Shown here: positions 1-10,371 of the stretch, piece by piece
Layout of the letters: each line of letters opens with the position of its first letter
How positions within the stretch are numbered: the stretch's first letter is position 1
Translations under genes and position numbers: made by a program
The notes under the pieces: generated by a model
Database searches by the model: none
What the model was told of the DNA's origin: nothing
The model's input: the letters and a program-made list of their open reading frames with translations, nothing else
NCBI GenBank assembly: GCA_041946735.1
Contig: JBHGAY010000002.1
Location: forward strand, 1 to 64,000
Reading direction: 5' to 3'
Length of the DNA stretch: 64,000 nucleotides
Source of the DNA: Candidatus Eiseniibacteriota bacterium
Lineage (GTDB): Bacteria; Eisenbacteria; RBG-16-71-46; CAIMUX01; VGJL01

Positions 1-254
1 CACAATCCCTCGCAATCGTCAAGCCTCCACACGAAAAAAGTGCAGAAAATGTTCGGACCGATGCGCGCGGGCGGTTCGCGACGGCCGCGACTCGATCGAC
101 GGACCGGCGCGCGGCCGGATCTCGACGGCGCGCGCGCCGATCGACGGACCGATTGCCCGGTCATTGATGCACCATCCAAACTGCCGGCGGCCGCCCCCTC
201 GTCGAGAGGACGGCCGCCGTCTGTCAGCAGGCGATGTTCCGGACCGCTTCGGCG

Positions 255-3107
255 TTACCGGATCACCGCCACCTGTCGCACCTGCGTGATGTCCGGCGTC
301 TCGAGCCTGAGGAAGTAGATCCCCGAGGAGATCTTCGCGCCCGCATCGTCGAGCGGGGCGAAGCGGATCGTGTGCTCCCCCGCCGCCGCCGGGCCGTCGA
401 AGAGCGTGCGCACGCGCCGTCCGCCGATGTCGTAGAGATCGAGCCGCACCGACGGCGCCGCGGCCGCGAGCCGGAAGCTGACCGAGGAGCCGCTACGAAT
501 CGGATTGGGACGGAACGGCCCGAGACCGCTCGGAAGCGTGGCCTCTTCTTCCGCGACGCCCGCTGCCGGCGGCCGGACGATCGTGACCTGGATGTCGTCG
601 ACCGCGGCCTCGATCAGCGAGCCGGGGGCGACATCGTCGGCGACGAAGCGAAACTGGATCGTCCCGGTGAGCGGAACGACCGAACCGACGTCGAAGGCCT
701 GCTCGGTCCAGCTGTTGGCGCTCTCCACCGTGTGCTCGAGATGGACCCAGTTCGTCCCATCGGCGGTGACGTCGACGTCCCAGTAGTCGAGGCCGGGGCT
801 GTTGCCGAGGTTGTTCGTGTACCACCGCCAGTAGCGGATGTCCGCAGATGCCGCGCCGGACACGTCGAAGACGGGAGAGAGAAGCGTCGTCTTGCCGCCA
901 TCGACGTCAGCCTCGCCCGCCGCGCCCCCGACCGATCCGTTGCCTGTCACGAAGCAGATATGGCCGGGATCGGTCGTGTGATCGTTCTCCGGCTGGCATG
1001 GACTGCCGTTGTACGTCGTTCCGACCGGGTCGGCCTGCACCCAGATCCCGCTCGTGGCGGCATCGCCCGGAGCGCCGATCGTCCAGCCCCAGTCGAGCTC
1101 GACGTCGTCCAACCATGGGCCGACGCTGAAGAGCAGGTCGAGCGGAACCTCGTAGGCACCGCTGTAGCCGTGCAGGGTGAGATCGAGGTGCGCGGTATAG
1201 ACCGGCGGGCAGTCCGCGGAGACCGTGACCTCGAAGCCGCTGGCGAGCGCGTTCAGGCCCGGCGGAATCATGCCGACGTGGTGCGGACCGCCGTCGGTCG
1301 TGATGTACCCCTCCCCCTCGAGCGTCGCCCACATGGCCGGTGACGAAGCGCTTCCGACGTTCTCGATCTTGACGATGACGCCCATCGTCTCGCCGGGATC
1401 CGCGATCCCGTCGTTGTCCCCGTGCTGGTCATGGATCGCCTGCACCGACAGACGGTACGACGGAGCGGTGGCCGCGAGCGCCAGCGGCAGGATGCCGGGA
1501 TCCTCGGTGACCTGGAGGGTGAGCAGCAGCGGCTCCCCATCGGGAACGTCGTTCGCGACCTGGAACACGAACGGCTGCGCGTTCGAAACGGTCTGCTCCG
1601 AAGGGATCGACCCGAAGAGGCGCTGGCTCGCCGTCACCGTAACGTACGGCGACTCCGTGGCGAGGGTGCCCCACACATTGACCGCGTCGGTCAACCCCAT
1701 GTTGTGGAGGGCGACCGTCAGCTCGATCGTCTCGCCATAGTCGATCTCACCGTCGCCGTCGCCGTGCGACGCGCCGACGTTGTCGTCGTTGACCGTCGTG
1801 TGATCGACCGCGAGGTAGACCCCTTCGAGGTTGCCGAAGAGGTTCAGCATGTCGCCCAGCCCTTCCGGCGTGCTGCTGTACTGCGGGGTCTCCTGCTCGT
1901 GGTCGTTCGCCTGCGCGTAGAGGAACGCCTCGTGGATCGACACCATGTTGTCGTTGTTCGTGTCGGCGTCGACAGGCTGGCCGGCCGGGGTCTCCCAGCC
2001 GACCGCCGAGGTCCAGTGATAGACGAAGGTGTCGTAGGTGTAGTCGGGTCCCATCGCCCAGGAGTACTCGTCCCAATTCGCGGCCGTGGCGATGACGCGC
2101 CCGTCCGCGGTCAGGTCGTCGACCATCCCGCCGCTGAAGCACTGCTCGAACGTGCAGATGATCGTCTGGCAGGGAAGCGCCGCGATGTAGGCGGCCATCT
2201 GGTCGTCGCGCAGCTCTTCGTAGTTCCAGAGGTTCAGGTAGCAGTCATGGCCGGACTCCTGGCCGCCGTGGTCCGTCGTGAAGATGAAGAGCTGATCGGA
2301 AGCGGTCAACGTCGCCGCCAGCTCGCCGAAGACCTGACCGACGAACTGCAGCGTCGCCGGGTACTCGGTGTCGGCGTCCCCGTCGCCATCGAGATCGACC
2401 GGCGAGTTCGTCCCGTTGGAGCGGTCGACCGCCGGGTTGGTTCCATCCGACATGCAGACGCGAATGTGATCGTCCGCGTAGCCGTAGTAATCGACCAGCG
2501 TGCGGTAGATGAACGATATGTCGTTCCAGTAGCGGATGTGGTTGTTCCCCGGATCCGCGCCGCCGCTGATCAGGAAGGCCCAGGCCTGTCCGCGGTCGCC
2601 GCCGGGCTTCGGAAGGCTTCGAAGCCTTTCGCTGAACCGCTCGAGCGCCGCCTCGGACACGCCGTCCGGCGGATTGTCCCGCCCGTTCGTGATCTCCGTG
2701 AGCCTCGCGAGGCTTCTCGGCGGGGTCATCGCGTCGAAGCGCTGCACCGTCCCGCTCGCGCTCTCGACGAAGAAGTAGGAGCAGGGATGCTCGTAGTTCG
2801 CTCCGGGAACGAGGTCGACGAAGACGAACCAGCCGGCGGCCGGAGCGGTGAACACGTCCTTGTGCCACGTGGCGATCGTCTCGCCGGGCGGCAGCATCTC
2901 GGAATCGACGAAGAGCCGGACCCCGTCCAGAGATCCGCCGAGCTGGGTGCGCGTGACGATCGAGACGGCGTCGTCTCGATCGACTGGAGGCGCCGCGCTG
3001 GCGATCGTCGCGGGCAGGAGGACGAAGGTGAACAGGCCCAGAAGCAGAGACGCCAGCCCGAGGATCGGAAGGTGCGGCGTCCGGAACGGCACGGAACTCC
3101 CACGCAT
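255..3107 (-). CDS. Secreted clan CD (C13/legumain-like) cysteine peptidase with Ig-like repeats and C-terminal FlgD-Ig-like domain
   Basis: ATG at 3107 with GGGGGAG RBS; signal peptide; TTDHGG and FEQCFSGG His/Cys dyad; C-terminal PNP...LYDIGGRRVR...SGIYFLRL. Confidence 0.8.
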   Translation of the reverse strand: MRGSSVPFRTPHLPILGLASLLLGLFTFVLLPATIASAAPPVDRDDAVSIVTRTQLGGSLDGVRLFVDSEMLPPGETIATWHKDVFTAPAAGWFVFVDLVPGANYEHPCSYFFVESASGTVQRFDAMTPPRSLARLTEITNGRDNPPDGVSEAALERFSERLRSLPKPGGDRGQAWAFLISGGADPGNNHIRYWNDISFIYRTLVDYYGYADDHIRVCMSDGTNPAVDRSNGTNSPVDLDGDGDADTEYPATLQFVGQVFGELAATLTASDQLFIFTTDHGGQESGHDCYLNLWNYEELRDDQMAAYIAALPCQTIICTFEQCFSGGMVDDLTADGRVIATAANWDEYSWAMGPDYTYDTFVYHWTSAVGWETPAGQPVDADTNNDNMVSIHEAFLYAQANDHEQETPQYSSTPEGLGDMLNLFGNLEGVYLAVDHTTVNDDNVGASHGDGDGEIDYGETIELTVALHNMGLTDAVNVWGTLATESPYVTVTASQRLFGSIPSEQTVSNAQPFVFQVANDVPDGEPLLLTLQVTEDPGILPLALAATAPSYRLSVQAIHDQHGDNDGIADPGETMGVIVKIENVGSASSPAMWATLEGEGYITTDGGPHHVGMIPPGLNALASGFEVTVSADCPPVYTAHLDLTLHGYSGAYEVPLDLLFSVGPWLDDVELDWGWTIGAPGDAATSGIWVQADPVGTTYNGSPCQPENDHTTDPGHICFVTGNGSVGGAAGEADVDGGKTTLLSPVFDVSGAASADIRYWRWYTNNLGNSPGLDYWDVDVTADGTNWVHLEHTVESANSWTEQAFDVGSVVPLTGTIQFRFVADDVAPGSLIEAAVDDIQVTIVRPPAAGVAEEEATLPSGLGPFRPNPIRSGSSVSFRLAAAAPSVRLDLYDIGGRRVRTLFDGPAAAGEHTIRFAPLDDAGAKISSGIYFLRLETPDITQVRQVAVIR

Positions 3108-3281
3108 CGAATCTGCTCCCCCTTCTTGAGTCGCGCCACGGAGGGCTGACGCTCCCCGTGGCCGCGAGCAGGATGTCGCGTTGGTCAGGACGGACCGGAA
3201 GATGGTCAGAACGGACCGGTACAAGGATAGCACCGTTCATCCGTTCGAGAAAGCGGCGGTCTTGGGAATGGGCGGCGATCT

Positions 3282-3797
3282 CTACGAGGCGCTCTCGGCT
3301 CCCGGCTTGTGGCCGCGCTCGCGCGTCCGCTCGATCATCGTCCGTCGAAAGCCGAGGCGTTCGAAGAGGCGGTCGGCCTCGGCATTCTTCGCCGCAGTCC
3401 AGAGCAGCACGCGCGGAGCTCCCAGATCCTCGAGCCTGCGGACCGTTTCCTCGACCAGGCGCGTGGCGATGCCTCGACGGCGGACACCCTCGTCGACGAC
3501 GACGTCATGGACGAAGCCGGCGGCGTCGCGCAGCTCCTTCCAGGAAAGCGGCTCCATCTCTCCATACGCGTATCCGAGGATCTCTCCTTCGCGCTCCGCA
3601 ACGATCAGGACGACCCCGCGCTTGCCGATCCGCGTGCCGAGGAACCAGGCGTAGCCCTGCTCGAGGTCACCTTCGGGGGCGAGGAAGCGGTCGGGATCGA
3701 AGCGGTGATGCAGGCGGACCAGCTCGGCGCCGAGACGGCCGACGGCCGGAAGGTCCCGCTTGGTCGCGGGGCGGATGGTGATGTCTTCGCGCAGCAT
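3282..3797 (-). CDS. GNAT family N-acetyltransferase
   Basis: IRPAT start, VVVDEGVRRRGIA acetyl-CoA motif, N-A-x-x-LFERLGF; start trimmed to ATG 3797. Confidence 0.85.
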   Translation of the reverse strand: MLREDITIRPATKRDLPAVGRLGAELVRLHHRFDPDRFLAPEGDLEQGYAWFLGTRIGKRGVVLIVAEREGEILGYAYGEMEPLSWKELRDAAGFVHDVVVDEGVRRRGIATRLVEETVRRLEDLGAPRVLLWTAAKNAEADRLFERLGFRRTMIERTRERGHKPGAESAS

Positions 3798-3826
3798 CGC
3801 GAGCGCTAGGATACACCCGGATGCAG

Positions 3827-6151
3827 TCAGAACGAGGTCCCGACCTCCAGTGCCACGTCGATTCCGGGATTCAGCGCAAACGCCTTGTACCGGCTCAGGA
3901 AGTCCCGATAGCGGCGATTCGTCGCGTTGCGCACGCGCAGACTCGCGTCCCATTCCCGCGAGAGGAACGCACGGCTGACGGATGCGCCGCCGTTCAGGAG
4001 CGCGTAGCCACCCGTGACGACCTCGTTGGCAGCCGCGTCGCGCGCCTTCTTGTCCGCGACCATCTCGACCTCGAGCTCGATCTGCAGCCGATCGGCCCAC
4101 GAGAGTCCGCCGGTCGCCAGGCGCGCGCCAACGGCGCCGCGCATCGGAGGGATCGATGGGAGCGGAGCGTCGCTCGCCTCCTCCTCGCCCTTCACGTAGT
4201 CGATTCGGCCGTGCAGCCAGAAGGGGCCGGAGACGCGCGTATCGAGAGCAGCGTCGACGCCGAGCAGCACCGCATCCACCTGCCTGTACTTCCAGACCTG
4301 CAGTCCGTTGATCTCCTCGCTCGTCGGGCTGAGGACGATGAAGTCGTCCACGGCGTTGCGATAGACGGAGATTTCGCCTCGTCGCTCGGGCTGCTCCAGA
4401 CGAATCGACCCGTCGAGATCCAGGCTCGTCTCCTGCCGGAGCCGATGATTCGCGAAGAGGAATCGCGCCTCGGCGAGCAGCGGACCACCCCCGTACAGCT
4501 CGAAGAAGGTCGGCGCGCGCCACGCGCGCCCGACGTTCCCCGCCGCTGCGACCGCATGGGGCAGGCGCAGCACGATCCCACCGTTCGCCGTGATCTCGTG
4601 GAAGGACCGGTCGACGTCGAGGGAGTTCGCGGCCGGGTCCTTCTCCCGCGTGAAGCTGCGCGCCTCCGTGCGCGCCCCGCCGAGCAGACTCAGCCTCCCG
4701 AAGCGCGCTTCCTCGTAGAGAAATACCGCGCCCGACTGCGTCGTCAGATCCGGCACGAGCGGGATCGGGCCGCGCGAGTCGTTCGACTGCAGCTCACCGC
4801 TGGCGCCGATCGTCCCGCCCACGCCGGAGCCCAAATCATGATGCGCGAGGAGATCGAGCGTTCCGGTCTTCAGGAGGAGATGGAACGCCTCCTGCTCCGA
4901 TCTGGATGCGACCGGCAGCGACGGCATGGTCGCCGGGCGGAGGCGGGGGAAGTCCCGCAGACCACCACCCCCCACCTCGTCCGACAGCTCGATCAGCTCG
5001 TGCCGCTCGAGCTGCGCCTTCGCCTCCAGGCGCACCGGCCCTACGGGGAACTCGGACTCGAGCTGCAAGCGATCGTCGGATAGCTTGCGCTCCGGCCCCC
5101 CCTCCTCGCCCTCTCCTTCCTGACCGCCGCTCGGAGGCCCGCCCGCCTCGAGCAGCTTGAACTCGCCTCCGTAGCGAACATAGCGCAGTGTCGCGCCCCC
5201 ACGCGGCCCATGCCATCCGACCGCGGCATCTCCGGTGAACGCACCGAACCCCGTGTTCTCCAGCTCTCCCTCCGGAGTGTGCAACGCCTCGGCGAGGCGG
5301 CCGGCGCCGGAGAGCCGCCAGCCGATCGCGCCGCGCGCCCCCTCGAGCCTCAGCTTCGCGCCGGCCTCGCGGCTGTTGCTCGCGAAGTACGCCGCGGCGA
5401 GACCCCGCTGCATGCTCCTGCCGGGCCCGGTCCGCATCAGAGCAGGAGGAACGGCGTTGACCACTCCCCCGAGCGCCTCGGATCCGTACAGCACGCTCAT
5501 CGGCCCGCGGATCACTTCGATCCGCTCGGCGCTCGCGGGATCGATCGAAGGGCCGTCCTCGTCGCTCCATGAGTAGTCCTCGAGCCGATGCCCGTTGTCG
5601 AGGACGAGCACCCGCGGGCCGGTCAGGCCGCGGATCATCGGCTTGCCGATCTGCCCGCCCGTCGAAACGGTGCGAACACCCGGGATCTGCTCCAGGGCAT
5701 GCGAGACCGAGATGCTCGTTTCCCGCTCGAGATCGCTTCCGCTCAGGAAGGAGATCGGTAGCGGGGAATCGAGGACCGGCCGCGGCATGCGAGCGGCGGT
5801 CACATCGATCGGCTCGAACGCGTAAGGGGTCGGGGAGAGAACGACGTCCCGCGTCGCCGGTCCCGGCAAGGCCAGCTCGAGCGCGACCGGCGCGAACCCG
5901 ACTCGCTGGAAGAGGACCGTGTAGCGGCCCGCCGGAACGCGGTCGAACGAGTAGGAGCCGTCAGCCGTGGTCTGGGTGCGGCGCGCCAGTTCCGTGAGCG
6001 TCACTTGGACGCCGTCGATCGGCCGGCCGGCGGTGTCGGTGACCTTGCCCTCCAGCTGGACCGAGTCCGCGAACGCGCCAGCCGGAAGCACGAGCGGAAG
6101 CACCAGGAGGAGGAAGAGAAGAGTCGCTTCGAATGCCGGACGAGATTTCAC
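3827..6151 (-). CDS. TonB-dependent receptor with N-terminal carboxypeptidase-regulatory-like domain
   Basis: GTG at 6151 after AGGAGG; signal peptide; plug motifs KPMIRGL and RIEVIRGPMSVLYGSEALGGVVN; terminal Phe. Confidence 0.9.
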   Translation of the reverse strand: MKSRPAFEATLLFLLLVLPLVLPAGAFADSVQLEGKVTDTAGRPIDGVQVTLTELARRTQTTADGSYSFDRVPAGRYTVLFQRVGFAPVALELALPGPATRDVVLSPTPYAFEPIDVTAARMPRPVLDSPLPISFLSGSDLERETSISVSHALEQIPGVRTVSTGGQIGKPMIRGLTGPRVLVLDNGHRLEDYSWSDEDGPSIDPASAERIEVIRGPMSVLYGSEALGGVVNAVPPALMRTGPGRSMQRGLAAAYFASNSREAGAKLRLEGARGAIGWRLSGAGRLAEALHTPEGELENTGFGAFTGDAAVGWHGPRGGATLRYVRYGGEFKLLEAGGPPSGGQEGEGEEGGPERKLSDDRLQLESEFPVGPVRLEAKAQLERHELIELSDEVGGGGLRDFPRLRPATMPSLPVASRSEQEAFHLLLKTGTLDLLAHHDLGSGVGGTIGASGELQSNDSRGPIPLVPDLTTQSGAVFLYEEARFGRLSLLGGARTEARSFTREKDPAANSLDVDRSFHEITANGGIVLRLPHAVAAAGNVGRAWRAPTFFELYGGGPLLAEARFLFANHRLRQETSLDLDGSIRLEQPERRGEISVYRNAVDDFIVLSPTSEEINGLQVWKYRQVDAVLLGVDAALDTRVSGPFWLHGRIDYVKGEEEASDAPLPSIPPMRGAVGARLATGGLSWADRLQIELEVEMVADKKARDAAANEVVTGGYALLNGGASVSRAFLSREWDASLRVRNATNRRYRDFLSRYKAFALNPGIDVALEVGTSF

Positions 6152-6369
6152 GGGGCCCTCCTGCATGCAGACCGCGCAAGACGCGGGTGAAGCAGCTGTT
6201 TCGCTCTCGGTCGAAGAGTAGAGGGCCGAGTGCCCGAGCGGAAAGAGAGAGGCGGAACGTCCGGCCCAGGGGTCGAGCGTCCCGCCTTGATTGCCTTCGT
6301 CCCCTTCGTTGCCTTCGTCCCGCCTTCGTCGAACCGGCCACGGCGGGCGTCGAGCGGAAGGGGGCGGCT

Positions 6370-7110
6370 CTACACCCGTTCCGCCCGCTCGCTCTTCAGC
6401 GCTTCCTCGGCGCGCCGGGCCGTGATGAGAGGCTCGGGGAGTCGCATGCCACGATAGAGCAGCGCCGCGAGGACCGCGCCGATCAAGGGAGCCACGATGA
6501 AGAGCCAGAGTTGACCGAGCGCCCACCCGCCGACGAAGATGGCCGGCCCGATGCTGCGCGCAGGATTCACGGACGTGTTCGTGACCGGGATGCCGATCAG
6601 GTGGATCAGCGTCAGGACGAGCCCGATCGGAATGCCCGCGAACCCGGCCGGCGCCGTGATGTCTGTAGCGCCGAGCACCGTGATCAGAAGCAGCGCCGTC
6701 AGCACCACCTCGGCGAGGAACGCGGCGCCGAGCGCATATCCGGTCGGGGAATGCTCACCGTACCCATTCGCCGCGAATCCCGCAGTCGAGGGATCGTAGC
6801 CGCCCGGGAGCCCCTTGGCGATGATCAGCAGGATCGCGGCAGCGAGAATGCCGCCGAGGATCTGCGCGACGATGTAGCCGAGCGCGAAGCGCGGCTGGAA
6901 CTTCTTCGCCGCCAGCAGCCCGACCGTCACGGCGGGATTGATGTGACATCCGGAGATCGGGCCGATCGCATAGACCATCGTGAGAAGGGTGAGCCCGAAC
7001 GCGAGCGCGACCCCGAGGAAGCCGATCTTGTCCCCGGCGAGAACAGCGCTCCCGCAACCGCCGAACACCAGGACGAACGTGCCCACGAGTTCTGCCAGAT
7101 ACCGTTTCAT
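6370..7110 (-). CDS. aqpZ: Aquaporin Z
   Basis: [11 protein letters not shown] and [12 protein letters not shown] motifs, ANGYGEHSP loop; ATG 7110 with AAGGAG RBS. Confidence 0.95.
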   Translation of the reverse strand: MKRYLAELVGTFVLVFGGCGSAVLAGDKIGFLGVALAFGLTLLTMVYAIGPISGCHINPAVTVGLLAAKKFQPRFALGYIVAQILGGILAAAILLIIAKGLPGGYDPSTAGFAANGYGEHSPTGYALGAAFLAEVVLTALLLITVLGATDITAPAGFAGIPIGLVLTLIHLIGIPVTNTSVNPARSIGPAIFVGGWALGQLWLFIVAPLIGAVLAALLYRGMRLPEPLITARRAEEALKSERAERV

Positions 7111-7393
7111 CACCGCTCCTTTCGGGAAAGCCGTCTTCGCCACCCGTCACGCCGCGGACATTTCGGAGCGGAAGCTGGTTGCGAGTCGGAGCGTGCGGGC
7201 TCTCGCCGATCCCTACCGCGTGTCGCGCGATCGGGCGCGCATCGCGCGACGCCGCGGAGAGGCGGCGAAATGAAGTTAGAGCGGTCCGAGGTGCCGCGAA
7301 ACAGCAGAATTCGGTCGGAACTCGATCGGAATTCGGTCGAGGAGATGGGAGGAAACGAGATCCGGCAGCGGGAAGCGGTCTCTCTTTCTCCAG

Positions 7394-8200
7394 CTACGGC
7401 CCGGATCGCGTCGAGGAGCCGTGGCGCATCCAGAGGTTCGGATCCTGGTAGATGCCGCGGTCCGCTTCCCGGTCGATCTCGACCGGCTGCAACGCGCCCG
7501 GGACGCAATACGCTCCGCTCCCCGGAAAGGCGAGGCCCGTCCATCGCTCCCAGTCCGCGACCGTGCCCCGCACCTCGAGCGTCGCAGGCGCGACTCCGAG
7601 GGTCTGCGCGCCCAGAGAGCGATGGACCCGGATCCACGGGTCGAACGGCGCTCCGTCAGGCCGCCGCCACTCGGCGTAACGATCCAGCGGGATCAGAGGA
7701 AAGCGGTCCTTCCAGATCGGACGCACGGGAGCGATCAGCGACGGAAGGCCGAGCGTACCGGCATGACCGCGCATCGCCTCGACGAGCATGCGGCTCAGTC
7801 CCCTCCCGCGAGCGGACGGGTCGACCATGGCGGCAACCGCGCAAAGAGCCCCGGCCGGGCGTGCGGCATGCGCGCCGCCCTCATCCACCTGCTCACGGTC
7901 CACCTGCTCACGGTCCACCTGGTCACGGTCGAGCGCTCGCTGCACGCACTCCTCGATGGTCCGCGGAAGATCGCCGACCGTGCCGTCCCACGCGATCGGC
8001 ACCGTGTGCCCTGCAGCGACGAGCCGGCCGCCGTCCCGATCGAGAAACAGGATCTGGTGGCCGGCGAGCCGCCCGAAGAGCTCGCGCCAGCCGCGGATCG
8101 TTGCGTGGAGCAGAAACGGCGGCCAGACGCGCTCGCTCAAGCGCTCGATCGCGCTCGCGAGATCCGGACGATCCGACAGGTATGTCCCCTCGATCTCCAT
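7394..8200 (-). CDS. GNAT-like N-acetyltransferase
   Basis: VDPSARGRGLS motif, APVRP...DPWIRVH signature; contains an in-frame 15-bp repeat (QVDRE x3); start uncertain. Confidence 0.7.
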   Translation of the reverse strand: MEIEGTYLSDRPDLASAIERLSERVWPPFLLHATIRGWRELFGRLAGHQILFLDRDGGRLVAAGHTVPIAWDGTVGDLPRTIEECVQRALDRDQVDREQVDREQVDEGGAHAARPAGALCAVAAMVDPSARGRGLSRMLVEAMRGHAGTLGLPSLIAPVRPIWKDRFPLIPLDRYAEWRRPDGAPFDPWIRVHRSLGAQTLGVAPATLEVRGTVADWERWTGLAFPGSGAYCVPGALQPVEIDREADRGIYQDPNLWMRHGSSTRSGP

Positions 8201-8584
8201 CTCGACGAATGGATACTCTCGGGACGCGACGCGGGCAACCGCGGCTTTGCCGCCCCTTTGCGATCCGCTATCCTCGCGGCATGAGTCATTTCGAGGACGG
8301 TGGCTGCTCGCGCGGGATGCGGCGCGAAGCCGCCCGGGCCGGGCCAGGGCCCGGGCCCCTACCGTCCGGCGTTCCGAGATGGGGAGGCAGTGCCGCCGCG
8401 CGTGAACGGTAAAGGATCCGTCGAATCGCGCCGGGAACTCCGGGCGCAATCACCGGCCGGCGGCGCACGCGCGAAGGGCGTGAAGCCGGAACGTTCCCGT
8501 CAATCGGCTCGAGACGTCTCGTCGCCGGCCATCCCGTCTACCATCCCTTCCGCCATCTCTTCCTCGGGCCGGGAGCTTCTCCGG

Positions 8585-10228
8585 ATGAAGCTCGTTCTCG
8601 CGGCGCTCGTGGTCGCCGTCTTCGCTCCCATCCTCGCGAACGGCTTCACCTGGTGGGACGACGACGTCACGATCCATCAGAACCCGCGCATGAATCCTCC
8701 GACCCTCGAGGGGGTGGCCTGGTACTGGGGCCATGCGGAGCAAGCGATCTACATCCCGCTTACGCAAACAGTGTGGGGCATTCTCGCGGCGGTCGCGCGG
8801 CGTCCCGGCGGAGCGGACGAGGCGGGAATCGCGCTGGCTCCCTGGGTCTTCCATGCGGCGAGCCTCCTCGCGCACCTGGCCACCGCTCTCGCCGTCTTCG
8901 CCCTCTTGCGGCGCTTCACGGCCCGCGCACTCACGGCCCTGGCCGGCGCCGCGCTCTTCGCTCTCCATCCGGTGCAGGTCGAAGCGGTGGCGTGGGCGTC
9001 GGGACTGAAGGACGTCCTCTGCGGCCTCTTCACGATCCTCGCCCTGTGGCAGTACGCGCTCTTCGCCGGCGCTTCGGACAGGGATCCCGCAGCGCCGCTC
9101 TCGAAGCGCTCTTTCCACTATGGGATGGCTCTGCTCGCGTTCCTCGCTGCCTGCTTCTCGAAGCCGACCGGAATGATCGTTCCGGTCCTCGCGGCGATTC
9201 TCGACCTCTGGCTGATTCGGCGGCCGGCCGCGCGGGTCGCTCGCTCCCTGGCCCCCTGGCTCGTCGTCTCCGCCGTCTTCGCGATCGTGGCGCGGGTCGT
9301 CCAGCCGGGGACGGGACTGCCACCGGTGCCGGTCTGGGTCCGTCCTCTGATCGCCGGAGACGCGCTCTCGTTCTACCTGTTCAAGCTCCTCTGGCCTGTC
9401 GCGCTCGCGGTGGACTACGGGATGCGTCCGGAGCTGAGGATCGGCTGGACCCCCTGGATCTATCTCGCCTGGCTGCTTCCGCTCGCGATCGGCTACGTCG
9501 CCTGGAGGCATCGCAGGCGCGACCCGCGCCCGTGGTCCGCGGCGCTGCTGTTCGCGGGCGCGCTGCTGCCGGTCCTGGGATTCGTCCGGTTCAAGTTCCA
9601 GCTCTACTCGACCACCGCCGACCACTACCTCTACCCGGCAATGCTCGGGCCTGCGCTGGCGCTCGCCTGGCTCCTCGACCACCGCCAGGCGCAGCGCCGG
9701 TGGATCCTCGCGGCCTGCGCGATCGTGCTCGCTGCGTTCGGCGCGCGGAGCTTCACGCAGGCGGCGCACTGGCGCGACGACATCGCGCTCTGGCAGCAAG
9801 CGCTCCGGGTGAACCCGCGCAGCTTCATCGCCGAAGCGAAGCTGGGGGACCTCGAGTGGAAGCGCGAGCGCGTCGACCGGGCGGGCGAACATTGGCAGGC
9901 AGCGGCGCGGCTCAATCCCGATTTGTACAAGATCCACGAGGCGCTCACCGTCTACTACGCGAGGATCGGGCGGATGGAGCTGGCGGAGGAGGAGGCGCGC
10001 AAGACGATGCAGGTCCTCCAGCGAAAGACGCCGGATCAGATCGGCGGGGAAGCGTGGCTGCTTGTCATGCTGGGCGACGTGTGGATGGGCCGGGGCCAGC
10101 CGCAGAGGGCGCAGGAGCGTTACGAGGAGGCTCGGAGAATGGATGCCTCCCTCCCGGGGATCGACCGGAAGATCGAGCAGGCGGCACGAGCGGCGGCGGA
10201 GCGCCCACCCGACGGCTCTCGTCCCTAG
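8585..10228 (+). CDS. TMTC-like (GT-C fold) multi-pass membrane protein with C-terminal TPR repeats
   Basis: WWDD motif, ALFALHPVQVEAVAW, SKP, ADHYLY, followed by TPR helices. Confidence 0.8.
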   Translation: MKLVLAALVVAVFAPILANGFTWWDDDVTIHQNPRMNPPTLEGVAWYWGHAEQAIYIPLTQTVWGILAAVARRPGGADEAGIALAPWVFHAASLLAHLATALAVFALLRRFTARALTALAGAALFALHPVQVEAVAWASGLKDVLCGLFTILALWQYALFAGASDRDPAAPLSKRSFHYGMALLAFLAACFSKPTGMIVPVLAAILDLWLIRRPAARVARSLAPWLVVSAVFAIVARVVQPGTGLPPVPVWVRPLIAGDALSFYLFKLLWPVALAVDYGMRPELRIGWTPWIYLAWLLPLAIGYVAWRHRRRDPRPWSAALLFAGALLPVLGFVRFKFQLYSTTADHYLYPAMLGPALALAWLLDHRQAQRRWILAACAIVLAAFGARSFTQAAHWRDDIALWQQALRVNPRSFIAEAKLGDLEWKRERVDRAGEHWQAAARLNPDLYKIHEALTVYYARIGRMELAEEEARKTMQVLQRKTPDQIGGEAWLLVMLGDVWMGRGQPQRAQERYEEARRMDASLPGIDRKIEQAARAAAERPPDGSRP

Positions 10229-10371
10229 GTCGGCAAGCCGCGTCTATCTGATTCCATACTCCACGAGCCCCGCGCGAAGCTTCCGAGCAAACACGCGGCC
10301 TCGCTCCTCGAATCGTTCACGGTCCGGCCCTCCCGTCCGTCCTGCCCCTCATTCCTCTCATGCCCCATCGA

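Noticed and set aside
3282..4523. 413-aa GNAT fusion
   Set aside because: The upstream part overlaps the TonB receptor in another frame; the GNAT starts at 3797.
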